Assembly: GCA_035764935.1 (NCBI GenBank)
Contig: DASTYK010000009.1
Coordinates: forward strand, 8,298 to 72,297
DNA: 64,000 bases
Source: Longimicrobiales bacterium
GTDB taxonomy: Bacteria; Gemmatimonadota; Gemmatimonadetes; Longimicrobiales; RSA9
Direction: 5' to 3'
A program made the translations under genes and the position numbers. The notes under the pieces were generated by a model. The model saw only the letters and a list, made by a program, of their open reading frames with translations. It did not search any database and had not been told where the DNA came from. This document shows, one piece after another, positions 1 through 8,913 of this stretch (the first letter of the stretch is position 1; each line of letters starts with the position of its first letter).

Positions 1-26
1 ACCACCCACCACCCAAAGCCCGCAGT

Positions 27-317
27 TCAGGAACCCGCCGCCCGCAGATATCTCCGCCCCACCTGCAGGAACCGACCGTTCTGCTCCGCGAACGGCAGTG
101 CCTCCTCCTGCTCGAGCAGCCGCTCCACGTGCTCCCGCAGGACCGGGTCGCCCCACCGGTAGCCGGTCGCGTCCTCGGCCAGCGATGTCTCACCGTCGCA
201 GGCCGCCTCGAGCAGCGCGAGCGCGGCGGCAGCCGGGTACGACGGGTCACGCATCGGCGGCAGCACGAATCGCCGCTGCGGCTCGGCGCCGTCCTCCTTG
301 GTGAACGCGCGGGACAT
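27..317 (-). CDS. hypothetical small protein (96 aa)
   Basis: ATG at 315-317 (minus), 5 nt downstream of the stop of the VOC gene at 323. This is the C-terminal part of track ORF 27..923. The N-terminus MSRAFTKEDG resembles the start of GreA/B-like proteins, but the protein is too short to assign. Confidence 0.45.
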   Translation of the reverse strand: MSRAFTKEDGAEPQRRFVLPPMRDPSYPAAAALALLEAACDGETSLAEDATGYRWGDPVLREHVERLLEQEEALPFAEQNGRFLQVGRRYLRAAGS

Positions 318-322
318 GTCCT

Positions 323-865
323 TCAATCCTCGTAAAGCAACGGGCGTCCAATGCCGCCCCAGAGCGATGCCGGCGCGATCTCGATGCTGTTGCCTGCAGG
401 ATCGCGAACGTAGAGCGACGTGCCCGCCTCGGGCCAGTCGATCTCCTTTTCGATGGGTACGCCGCACGTCGCGAAGTGTGCCCGCCATGCAGCGATGTCG
501 TCGTCGGACGCGACCAGTGCGACGTGACCGGGACCCTGTGCGCCATGCGGCGGAATCGTGCCGCCGGGCTCGATCGTGCGCTTGGGGTCGAAGAGAATGA
601 CGACCGAGTGGCCACAGCGAAGCATGGTATTGCGACCTGCGGTGTGCGCGATCCGCGCCATGCCGAGCACCCTCACGTAGAACTGCTCGAGCGCGGCGAG
701 ATCGGCACCATAGACCGCCGCCTCCAGGATGCCGCCCAGGACCGGCGCGGTGGGTGTGCGGACATGCTGCGGCCGGCCGGCCGCCCCGCGCGGTGCTGAC
801 GGCGCAGCAGCGGGCGCGATGCCGCGGGCAGCGCTGTCGCCGCGTGGATGCGTGTCGCTGTTCAT
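323..865 (-). CDS. VOC / glyoxalase-bleomycin resistance family protein
   Basis: Internal ATG (cat 863-865) of track ORF 323..997, preceded by GGAGG (revcomp of 867-875). Sequence GAQGPGHVALVASDDDIAAWRAHF...GTSLYVRDPAGNSIEI is typical of the VOC beta-alpha-beta fold. Confidence 0.8.
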   Translation of the reverse strand: MNSDTHPRGDSAARGIAPAAAPSAPRGAAGRPQHVRTPTAPVLGGILEAAVYGADLAALEQFYVRVLGMARIAHTAGRNTMLRCGHSVVILFDPKRTIEPGGTIPPHGAQGPGHVALVASDDDIAAWRAHFATCGVPIEKEIDWPEAGTSLYVRDPAGNSIEIAPASLWGGIGRPLLYED

Positions 866-1105
866 GGATCCTCCGCCCGGGCACTGTGAAACCGTCACTC
901 TCGACCGCGTGCAACGTCTGCACGTCGCGGGCCCGGATCGAGCCGGGACAAGGCTGCGAAATCCAACGCCCGTGCGTGCTGCGAGCCGTTGTGCCACACC
1001 GCGTTATCAGCGGCTGAGGACCGTTGGCAGCGGTTCCGGGTATTTCATGTGTTGCCTCTCGAATGCCCCCGCGTGATTCGAACCACTCCTAAGCCGGAGA
1101 CACCT

Positions 1106-1279
1106 ATGGCCCGCATCAAGATCTTCCGTAAGGACGGCTCGCCGACACCCTACTTCTGGTCGGACAAGAATGCCGCCGCCAAGTCGCTGCAGACGGTTTA
1201 CAAGCAGACGGAGAAGGGTGTCACGCGCATGAAGGGTGTGCGCTACGAGCCGGCGACGGGTCGTATGCACCGCGACTGA
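1106..1279 (+). CDS. hypothetical basic mini-protein (57 aa)
   Basis: ATG at 1106 preceded by GGAGA (1096-1100). Lys/Arg-rich product MARIKIFRKDGSPTPYFWSDKNAAAKSLQTVYKQTEKG.... Followed by a strong hairpin at 1305-1338. Confidence 0.6.
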   Translation: MARIKIFRKDGSPTPYFWSDKNAAAKSLQTVYKQTEKGVTRMKGVRYEPATGRMHRD

Positions 1280-1304
1280 CCAGGTCGCTGCGCACGAGGG
1301 TCGA

Positions 1305-1346
1305 GGAGCCGGTGCACGCGGATGCGTGCACCGGCTCCTTCGCTTG
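1305..1346. terminator. intrinsic-terminator-like hairpin between convergent genes
   Basis: Perfect 15-bp stem GGAGCCGGTGCACGC (1305-1319) / GCGTGCACCGGCTCC (1324-1338) with a 4-nt loop GGAT, followed by TTCGCTT. Confidence 0.6.
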
Positions 1347-1442
1347 ATGCCATCCGCATCTTCTGCATCGTGCGGCTCGTTTCGTCCGAGGCCGACGCAC
1401 GCTCGGCGTACGCTGGCTCCTTCGTAGGATGCTGCTCCCGGG

Positions 1443-1955
1443 TCAACGTGCGCCGAACGCGCGCACCACGCGCGCCGTGGTGATGACCTGCCCTGTATGT
1501 CGGGTGGCATGCTCGCCCGCGTGGTACAGCAGTCCGCGCACGGTGGCAGGCAGCCGCTGGCGCCCGACGTGGCGCGCCTCGTCGAGTGCGCTGTCCGGCG
1601 TGGTCCGGAGCTGCTCCATGGCCTGCCTGAGCTGTGCGACGACGAGCTCCATGAGGTCCACCGGCGTGGCCCCCTGCCGGATCCGCCCCTCGCAGCGCAG
1701 CCATTCCATCTGCGCCTCCTGCAGTGGTTCGCCGCGCGCGTAGGTAAGCAGCCGATCGGTGCTGCCGGCGAGGTGCTGCAGATGATAGCCGATCGAGGCG
1801 GCGCCGCCGGGTGAGATCCACAGCTCGTGCGGCTCGATGAGCGGAACGACCTGCTCGAGATCGCGCTGCACCTGCACGAAGGAATGCGCGACCGGCTGCA
1901 GCGCAGCACTGATCCCCTCCACGGGTCCTCCGAGCCAGGCCTCCGGCTGAGACAT
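1443..1955 (-). CDS. DinB family protein (metal-dependent four-helix bundle)
   Basis: Full track ORF. ATG at 1953-1955 with GGAG 7 nt upstream. His-rich motifs HLQHLAGSTDRLL and LLYHAGEHATRHTGQ are typical of DinB/YfiT-like proteins. Confidence 0.85.
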   Translation of the reverse strand: MSQPEAWLGGPVEGISAALQPVAHSFVQVQRDLEQVVPLIEPHELWISPGGAASIGYHLQHLAGSTDRLLTYARGEPLQEAQMEWLRCEGRIRQGATPVDLMELVVAQLRQAMEQLRTTPDSALDEARHVGRQRLPATVRGLLYHAGEHATRHTGQVITTARVVRAFGAR

Positions 1956-2029
1956 TTCGTCACTCCATTCGAATGGTTGTCAACACGTGATCGCCCGCAG
2001 CGCCCTCGCGGATCCATTCCTCCACTGCT

Positions 2030-2058
2030 TTGCGGAGCGGACGTGCGATTCGTATAAT
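2030..2058 (+). promoter_or_regulatory. candidate sigma70-type promoter of the SusC-like gene
   Basis: -35 TTGCGG (2030-2035), 17-nt spacer, perfect -10 TATAAT (2053-2058). This would give a leader of about 125 nt before ATG 2192. Confidence 0.35.
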
Positions 2059-2191
2059 GGCGCCCGTTTGCGGACGGGACCACTGCCGAAGTACCCCGCG
2101 TCCCGCCGCTCACGCTCGCCTACAACACAACCCGCCGCGATGGATGCACCTGTCCCGCGTCGGGATCCGTCCACGAGCAACAGGAGAGGTC

Positions 2192-5100
2192 ATGCGAAGA
2201 ATGCTACACGGGCTCTGGGTGCTCCTTGTCCTGGCCGCCCTCCCGGCGGCAGTGCAGGCGCAGCAGACTGGTTCGGTCCAGGGAACGGTCACGGACCAGC
2301 TCTCCGGAGCCCCACTCAGCGGCGTGCAGGTGTTCATCGTCGGCACGACGAGCGGCACGCTGACCGATCAGAACGGCGGGTTCCTCCTCGCGGACATTCC
2401 GGCGGGACCCCGAACGCTGCGCGCGGAACGTATCGGATATGGTGAAATCGAGCGACAGATCGACGTTCCGGCCGGCGGCACGGCGACGATTCAGCTGCAG
2501 CTGTCGGAGTCGGCGATCGGGCTCGACCAGATCGTCGTCACGGCGCTCGGCGTGGAGCGCACGCGGCGCGAGGTCACGACGTCGGTGCAGTCGGTGAGTG
2601 GTGAGCGGCTCGCGCGCGCCCCGGAAACGAACCTGGTGAGCACGCTGACGGGCAAGATCTCGGGCGTTCACATCATCAGCTCGAACACGCCCGGCGGCTC
2701 CGCACGCATGGTGATCCGAGGTGTCAACTCGCTGACGGGCAACAACCAGCCGCTGTTCGTGCTGGACGGCATCCCGGTCAGCAACTCGTACTCGACCGCC
2801 GGCACGCGCGGCTACAACGCGATCGACTACGGCAACCTGATCTCGGACCTGAATCCGAACGACATCCAGTCGATCACGGTGCTGAAGGGCGCGAACGCGG
2901 CTGCGCTGTACGGCTCCCGTGCCGCGAACGGCGTCGTGCTGATCCAGACGAAGAAGGGCACGCGCGCCCGTGACCTTACGATCACGGCGCGGGCGGACAT
3001 GACGTTCGACACACCGCTCCGGCTGCCCGAGTACCAGAACATGTACGGGCAGGGCTCGCGCGGTGAGTTCCAGGCGACCACCGACGAGAGCTGGGGCCCG
3101 CTCATGGAGGGGCAGCCGATCGTGCAACCACTGTATGGTGACGAGCCGGCGCCCTTCAGCCCGCACCCGGACAACGTGCGGGACTTCTTCGAGACGGGCC
3201 GCACGAACAACACCAGCGTCGCACTCAGCACCGGCAGTGAGAACTCCTCCCTTCGTCTTTCCCTCTCCAACATGAACCAGGACGGCATGCTCCCCGGCTT
3301 CGAGCAGGAGCGCACGACCGTCTCGCTGGCAGGAGGGCTGGGCCTGACGGAGCGGCTGCGTGGTGAGGCGTCGCTGCAGTACATGAACGCGGATGCGGCG
3401 AACCGTCCTGCCCAGGGGTACGGCGAGGACAACGTGATGTGGCAGTTCCTGTGGTTCGGCCGGCAGGTCGACACGGAGATGCTGCGCCGCAAGCGTCGCA
3501 ACGAGGATGGCAGCCAGTACAACTGGAACAACCGCTGGAACAACAACCCGTACTGGACGCAGCTCGAGGACCAGAACTGGGACTCGCGTGACCGCTTCAT
3601 CGGCGGCGGCTCGCTGACGTACGGCTTCACGGACTGGCTGGACCTGATGGTGCGCGCGGGTGCGGACGTTTCGAGCGAGCACCGCAAGGAGGTGTACGCG
3701 GCGGGCACGAAGTCGGTCTCGTCGCCGACGGGTGCATTCGGTGAGACGTCGCTCTCGCGCGAGGAGGTCAATGCGGACTTCCTGCTGAGTGCAGAGTGGC
3801 CGAACCTCGAGAACTACAGCATCAGCGGTTCATTCGGCGGCAGCCGCCGCGACAACGAGTACAGGCGGCTGGGGGCGTGGGCGAACGAGCTGGTCGTGCC
3901 GATGCTGTGGGACTTCGGCAACTCGGCGGTCGAGGTGTCTGCGGACGACTACCGTGAGCAGACGCGCGTGAACAGCCTGTACGGCTCGCTCAGCTTCGGC
4001 TTCCGCAACTTCTGGTTCGTGGAAGCGACGGGGCGCAACGACTGGTCGTCGACGCTGCCGGAAGCGAACAACTCGTACTTCTACCCGTCGGTCTCGACCA
4101 GCCTGATCCTGAGTGACGTGGTCGACCTGCCGGGCGTGTCGTACGGCAAGGTGCGGCTCGGCTGGGCGCAGGTCGGCAACGACGCGTCGGCCTACCAGCT
4201 CGTCGACCCGTACGTGGCGGACGCGTTCCCGTTCGGCACGGCTCCGCGCTTCACGGCGAGCAACACGCTGCGCAACTCGAAGCTGAAGCCGGAGATCACA
4301 GAGTCCTGGGAGCTCGGCGCGGAGATGCGCTTCATGCAGGACCGCCTCGGCTTCGACGTGACGTACTACAGTACGGAAACGCGCAACCAGATCGTCCCCG
4401 TGCAGATCTCGCCGCTGACCGGCTTCACGACCAAGATGCTGAATGCCGGCACGATCTCGAACAAGGGGATCGAGCTGCTGGTCGACGGCACGCCGGTGCT
4501 GCTCGACAACGGCTTCCGCTGGGACGTGAATGCCACCTTCGGCAAGAACAACAACGAGGTGGTCGAGCTGGCGGACGGGCTGGAGACGCTGGTGCTCGAC
4601 ACCTACTACGGTGTGAACGTGGAAGCGCGCGTCGGTGAGGCGTACGGCGCGATGTACGGCCGCCAGTACGTGCGGGACAGCCAGGGCAACATCGTGGTGG
4701 GCAGCAACGGCCGCCCGCTGAACACGTCGGACAACCCGAACGGCTACCTGGGCAACTACAACCCGGACTGGACGGGCGGACTCGGCAACACGTTCAGCTA
4801 CGGGCCGGTCTCGGCGCACGTCCAGATCGATGGCCAGAAGGGCGGCGCGATCTACTCGCTGACGCAGGCGTACGGCGTCCGCTCGGGCGTGCTGATCGAG
4901 ACGCTGGAGGGTCGCCGCGAGGGACGCACGCCCGCGGAGGGCGGCGGCCTGGTCATCGATGGCGTCCGTGTGGTGGATGGGGACACGGTCCCGAACGACA
5001 TCGTGGTCGACGCGCAGGACTACTGGCGGGGGCTGACCGGGCTGCACGAGGAGTTCGTGCACGACGCGAGCTACGTGAAGCTGCGCGAGGTGCGCCTCGG

Positions 5101-5305
5101 GTTCCAGGTGCCGCAGACGTGGACGAACCGGATCGGACTGGGCACGGCGGAGATCGCGCTGATCGGACGCAACCTCGCGCTCTGGACGGACGTGCCGCAC
5201 ATCGATCCGGAGACCGCATTCAACGCGGGCAACGTGCAGGGCTTCGAGTACTCGCAGACGCCGTCGGGCCGCACGTTCGGCTTCTCCGTCACGGTGACGC
5301 ACTGA
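2192..5305 (+). CDS. SusC/RagA family TonB-linked outer membrane protein
   Basis: ATG 2192 after AGGAGAGG. Signal peptide LWVLLVLAALPAAVQAQ, CarboxypepD_reg-like N-domain (GSVQGTVTD...GVQVFIVGT), TonB-box/plug (DQIVVTALGVERT...LTGKISGV) and a long beta-barrel. Confidence 0.93.
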   Translation: MRRMLHGLWVLLVLAALPAAVQAQQTGSVQGTVTDQLSGAPLSGVQVFIVGTTSGTLTDQNGGFLLADIPAGPRTLRAERIGYGEIERQIDVPAGGTATIQLQLSESAIGLDQIVVTALGVERTRREVTTSVQSVSGERLARAPETNLVSTLTGKISGVHIISSNTPGGSARMVIRGVNSLTGNNQPLFVLDGIPVSNSYSTAGTRGYNAIDYGNLISDLNPNDIQSITVLKGANAAALYGSRAANGVVLIQTKKGTRARDLTITARADMTFDTPLRLPEYQNMYGQGSRGEFQATTDESWGPLMEGQPIVQPLYGDEPAPFSPHPDNVRDFFETGRTNNTSVALSTGSENSSLRLSLSNMNQDGMLPGFEQERTTVSLAGGLGLTERLRGEASLQYMNADAANRPAQGYGEDNVMWQFLWFGRQVDTEMLRRKRRNEDGSQYNWNNRWNNNPYWTQLEDQNWDSRDRFIGGGSLTYGFTDWLDLMVRAGADVSSEHRKEVYAAGTKSVSSPTGAFGETSLSREEVNADFLLSAEWPNLENYSISGSFGGSRRDNEYRRLGAWANELVVPMLWDFGNSAVEVSADDYREQTRVNSLYGSLSFGFRNFWFVEATGRNDWSSTLPEANNSYFYPSVSTSLILSDVVDLPGVSYGKVRLGWAQVGNDASAYQLVDPYVADAFPFGTAPRFTASNTLRNSKLKPEITESWELGAEMRFMQDRLGFDVTYYSTETRNQIVPVQISPLTGFTTKMLNAGTISNKGIELLVDGTPVLLDNGFRWDVNATFGKNNNEVVELADGLETLVLDTYYGVNVEARVGEAYGAMYGRQYVRDSQGNIVVGSNGRPLNTSDNPNGYLGNYNPDWTGGLGNTFSYGPVSAHVQIDGQKGGAIYSLTQAYGVRSGVLIETLEGRREGRTPAEGGGLVIDGVRVVDGDTVPNDIVVDAQDYWRGLTGLHEEFVHDASYVKLREVRLGFQVPQTWTNRIGLGTAEIALIGRNLALWTDVPHIDPETAFNAGNVQGFEYSQTPSGRTFGFSVTVTH

Positions 5306-6813
5306 TGGCCACCCTCACGAGATCGGAATTCATGATGCGAGGAACGATGATGCGAATGAGAAGGTGGGGTGCGGCGGCCGTGCTCGGCCTCGCCGTGGGC
5401 GTCACTGCGTGTGATGAGGGCCTGGCCGGCCTGAACGTCGATCCCAACAACCCCGTCGAGGTCGGGCCGGAGTACCTGCTCCCGAACGCCATCGAGGCGT
5501 CCGTGAGCCGTGTGATCGGCTCCGGGCTGAACATGGATGTGACGGGCCTGTGGGCGCAGCACTACGTCGAGCACCTCTACACGGTCGAGGACCTGTACGA
5601 CATCAGCAACAGCGCTGTCTCGGGTCACTGGTCGAGCTTCTACTCGGGCCCGCTCCAGGACTTCCAGGAGGTGATCGAGAAGGGGACGGAGACCAGTCGC
5701 CCGAACACGACGGCGATGGGGATGATCATGAAGGCGTGGACCGCGCAGGTCATGACCGACCTGTGGGGCGACATCGGCTATTCCGAGGCGCTGCAGGGTC
5801 GCACGTCGGAGGTGCTCACGGTCGGCTACGACACGCAGGAGCACGTCTACGAGCAGCTGCTGCAGGAGACCGCCGCAGCAGCAGCCATGATCGATCCGGA
5901 CGGTCTCAAGATCACCGACGGTGACCTGATCTACGGCGGCGACATGGACCGGTGGAGCATGTTCGCCAACTCGCTGCGCATGCGGATGGCGATGCGCCTC
6001 TCCGACGTCGCGCCCGACGTCGCGCAGCAGCAGTTTGCGGACGCGTACGCGGACGGCGGCTTCGCGTCGAACGACGACAGCGCCATCCTCTGGTACCTGG
6101 ACAACGGCGTGAACCGTCATCCGATCCACGCGTACGAGCTGAGCCGCGACGACCACTCGGTCAGCCGCACGATGATCGAGATGCTGCGCGATCTGAACGA
6201 TCCGCGGCTGCCGGTCTACGCCAAGCCGAACGCGGCCGGCAACTACTGGGGTGCCACCAACGCCACGCTCGCGGATCCCCCGCTCGACTCCGTTTCGCGG
6301 ATCGGCGAGTTCTACAGCCGGGCCGATGCGCCCGGCGTGCTGATGAGCTACGCGGAGCTGCTGTTCCTCCAGGCGGAAGCGGCCGAGCGCGGCTGGATCG
6401 CAGCGGATCCGGCCACGCTGTACGCCGCGGGCATCCGTGCCGCGATGGAGTTCAACGAGATCGCGACTGCCGAGATCGACGCATACCTGGCGCAGCCGGA
6501 GATCGTGTACCAGGGCGGTGACGCGGGGCTCGAGCAGATCTGGACGCAGAAGTGGATCGCGCTCTTCGGCCAGGGCCCGGAGGCATACGCGGAGTGGCGC
6601 CGTACTGCCACACCGGTGCTCGAGATCGGGCCCGACGCGGAGAACGACGGCCAGATTCCGCTGCGCCTGTTCTACCCGGCGGCGGAGGAGTCCTACAACC
6701 GCGAGGCGGTGGAGGCGGCCCGGGCACGCCAGGGCGGCGCCGACCTGAGCGATCCGGTCTGGTGGGACGTGACCGGCGGCGGGCAGGTCGATGCGCTGAG
6801 CAGCGGGTCCTGA
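5305..6813 (+). CDS. SusD/RagB family nutrient-binding outer membrane lipoprotein
   Basis: Sits immediately downstream of the SusC-like gene. ATG 5305 overlaps its TGA (TGATG); alternative ATGs at 5332 and 5347. Lipobox LAVGVTAC. TPR-like helical protein of the usual SusD size. Confidence 0.85.
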   Translation: MATLTRSEFMMRGTMMRMRRWGAAAVLGLAVGVTACDEGLAGLNVDPNNPVEVGPEYLLPNAIEASVSRVIGSGLNMDVTGLWAQHYVEHLYTVEDLYDISNSAVSGHWSSFYSGPLQDFQEVIEKGTETSRPNTTAMGMIMKAWTAQVMTDLWGDIGYSEALQGRTSEVLTVGYDTQEHVYEQLLQETAAAAAMIDPDGLKITDGDLIYGGDMDRWSMFANSLRMRMAMRLSDVAPDVAQQQFADAYADGGFASNDDSAILWYLDNGVNRHPIHAYELSRDDHSVSRTMIEMLRDLNDPRLPVYAKPNAAGNYWGATNATLADPPLDSVSRIGEFYSRADAPGVLMSYAELLFLQAEAAERGWIAADPATLYAAGIRAAMEFNEIATAEIDAYLAQPEIVYQGGDAGLEQIWTQKWIALFGQGPEAYAEWRRTATPVLEIGPDAENDGQIPLRLFYPAAEESYNREAVEAARARQGGADLSDPVWWDVTGGGQVDALSSGS

Positions 6814-6834
6814 TCGCAGCGGTCCTGAGCACGC

Positions 6835-6870
6835 AAACGGCCCCGTCGCAGGACGGGGCCGTTTTCGTTT
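6835..6870. terminator. bidirectional intrinsic terminator
   Basis: Stem AAACGGCCCCGTC (6835-6847) / GACGGGGCCGTTT (6852-6864), loop GCAG, then TCGTTT. The reverse strand also ends in a T-rich run. Lies between convergent genes. Confidence 0.7.
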
Positions 6871-6955
6871 GTGGACACGATGGGCTGCTGACTCTTTGAT
6901 CAACGCCGCGTCCGTGTCCCGCGCTGCGGGCCCGGCGTCGGTCGGCGCTCCGGGG

Positions 6956-7435
6956 CTACAGGCTCGCTTCGATCAACTCCAGGTCGGTTACGCTCGCCGT
7001 CGACTCGTCGTCCGCCGTGTTGAAGCGGAAGTCGAGCACGATCTTCACGGGGTAACCGTCGCGTGGATGGTAATCGACGTCGAAGCGATCCGCACGCTCG
7101 TCGATCCCGGCGTCAACCCGTTCGAACAGCTGATCGATCGTCGGGAACAGCGACAGTGCGGTGGGATCGATCTCTCCGTCGCGACCGACCATCTCGACGG
7201 ACTCGATCGCACCATTTCTCACCGTGATCGCGACGGGCGTGTAGGCCGCGGTCGCGCAGAAGCAGCTTTCCCGGTAGAGAAACGAGTACGACGTGGCGCC
7301 GAGCGCTTCCCAGCGGGCGCGGGCTCGCTCGTTGGCTTCGCGGCGCTCGCCCCACTCGTCGGTGTCGAATGCGCTGCAGGCGGACACCAGGAGCAGGCTG
7401 ACGAGTGGAACGAGCTGCAGGGTGCGACGTCGCAT
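6956..7435 (-). CDS. lipoprotein of unknown function (possibly DUF6174-like)
   Basis: Full track ORF. ATG 7433-7435 after GGAGGAGA. Lipobox LLLVSAC. Conserved-looking SCFC motif (YRESCFCATAAYTPVAITV). Confidence 0.7.
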   Translation of the reverse strand: MRRRTLQLVPLVSLLLVSACSAFDTDEWGERREANERARARWEALGATSYSFLYRESCFCATAAYTPVAITVRNGAIESVEMVGRDGEIDPTALSLFPTIDQLFERVDAGIDERADRFDVDYHPRDGYPVKIVLDFRFNTADDESTASVTDLELIEASL

Positions 7436-7513
7436 GACGTTCTCCTCCGTGGGTGCTGTACTGCCCTCAGGAGGAGAACGTGCGACTGCGCACGAAAACG
7501 ACAGCGTGGCGGC

Positions 7514-8224
7514 CTAGACGGGCACCGTCGGCTCCTGCTCGCGCTGCGCCACGGCCGGGCGGTTCTCCGGCGCCATCATGCGGTATGCAGTGCCGACGGC
7601 GAGGAACAGCCAGAGCAGGTCGAACATGCTGAGCTGCGCCCTGACGCCCTCGACGACGCCCATCTCCTGCAGCGCACCGTCGGCGACGAAGAGTGCCACG
7701 TCGTGCTTCTCGTCAGCCGTCATCTGTGCGAGCCGTGCATCGCTCTGCCGCAGCATGTCGGCCCAGAGCGCATCGGAGAGCGTGTCGCCGGCAGTCTCGA
7801 CCGCCTCGACCGCCGCCATGGTCTCCGCGTCCAGCTCGCCGTCGCCGTACATCTGCCAGGCGACGGCGCCGCGCAGCACCTCCTCGTTTTCCGCCAGGTC
7901 GTCAGCGACGCGGCCCGCACTGCCCGAGTAGATGAAGATCTTGCCGGCGAGCAGCCCGACCACGGCAAACGCAGCCGCTGCATACGCAAGCTGCTGCGTG
8001 CGCTGCGAGGTCATCCTGCTCATGGCGACGCCGACCAGCAGGCCCACGCCCCAGGCGACGTAGCCGATCTCCATGTTGGTCAGGAACACCAGGGCCGCCC
8101 AGATGCCGCCCGCGATCAGGGCGGCGGCGAGGCCTGCGGCGAGTGCGAGGGGGGTGCGCCCGTCGTCGTAAACGGCGCTGCTCGAGGTTACGACAGGGCC
8201 CAGCCGACTGTTGTCGAATGACAT
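7514..8224 (-). CDS. hypothetical membrane protein
   Basis: Full track ORF. At least three predicted TM helices (LALAAGLAAALIAGGIWAALVFL, YVAWGVGLLVGVAM, AAAAFAVVGLLAG, LLWLFLAVGTAY) around an acidic soluble insert. Confidence 0.7.
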   Translation of the reverse strand: MSFDNSRLGPVVTSSSAVYDDGRTPLALAAGLAAALIAGGIWAALVFLTNMEIGYVAWGVGLLVGVAMSRMTSQRTQQLAYAAAAFAVVGLLAGKIFIYSGSAGRVADDLAENEEVLRGAVAWQMYGDGELDAETMAAVEAVETAGDTLSDALWADMLRQSDARLAQMTADEKHDVALFVADGALQEMGVVEGVRAQLSMFDLLWLFLAVGTAYRMMAPENRPAVAQREQEPTVPV

Positions 8225-8358
8225 GATTCCGCTCCGTCACGGATCCGTATTGTGGGTGCATCCCCGTACAGGAGCCGGAACGGCATCGTCCCGGCGCGCG
8301 GGAATGGTTCTGCCGCACGCGTTGGAATGTCAACCTTTTTGTCGGAATGGAGGCGCGT

Positions 8359-8913
8359 TCAGGCCACCGTATGCCCCGTGTCCGTGTCCATTTCACGCAA
8401 CCGCGAGACCGCCCACGCAGCATCCGGGTCGGGCATCACGATCTGTGTCACGCCGTCCGGAAAGCGCGAGAGCAGCATGCGGTACTGCCGGAGCAGCTCG
8501 GTGTCGGACGGCTGCCATGGATGCAGGTAGCGCACGCCCCTGACCTGCGCCTGCAGCAGCTCCTTGGCGCAGCCGAAGCAGGGCTGCATGGTGGTGTAGA
8601 GCGTCGCACCGGCCACGGCGATGCCGAAGCGTGCAGCGGCGATGAGCGCATTCTGCTCGGCGTGGACGCAGATGCAGACGTCGTAGCCTGCAGCGGGCCC
8701 GTACTTTCCGCGATCCGCGCAGCGCTCGCAGCCGCCGTCGAGGCAGTTGACCATGCCCGACGGCGTGCCGTTGTAGCCGGTCGAGATGATGCGGTCGTCG
8801 AGGACGAGAATCGCGCCGACGCGATTGCCGAGACAGTTGGCGCGCGCCCGTACGGCCTTGGCGATGCCCATGTAGTACTCCGGGCGCTCGGGCCGCCGCG
8901 CGTGGTCAGTCAT
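8359..8913 (-). CDS. dCMP deaminase family zinc deaminase (ComEB-like)
   Basis: Motifs CVHAEQNA (H-A-E) and PCFGCAKE (PCxxC) in the cytidine/deoxycytidylate deaminase fold. ATG 8911-8913 overlaps the upstream gene by 8 nt. Confidence 0.85.
   Translation of the reverse strand: MTDHARRPERPEYYMGIAKAVRARANCLGNRVGAILVLDDRIISTGYNGTPSGMVNCLDGGCERCADRGKYGPAAGYDVCICVHAEQNALIAAARFGIAVAGATLYTTMQPCFGCAKELLQAQVRGVRYLHPWQPSDTELLRQYRMLLSRFPDGVTQIVMPDPDAAWAVSRLREMDTDTGHTVA

Noticed and set aside
6869-8221. 450-aa plus-strand ORF spanning the lipoprotein and membrane-protein genes.
   Set aside because: It is antisense to two minus-strand genes that have an RBS, a lipobox and TM helices, and its product is a low-complexity Arg/Gly/Asp string.
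8359-8913. dCMP deaminase as an anti-phage nucleotide-depletion defence gene.
   Set aside because: The protein is a short housekeeping-type ComEB-like deaminase without the extra kinase-like or sensor domains of the defensive dCTP deaminases. It sits in a core-like operon with no other defence or mobile genes.
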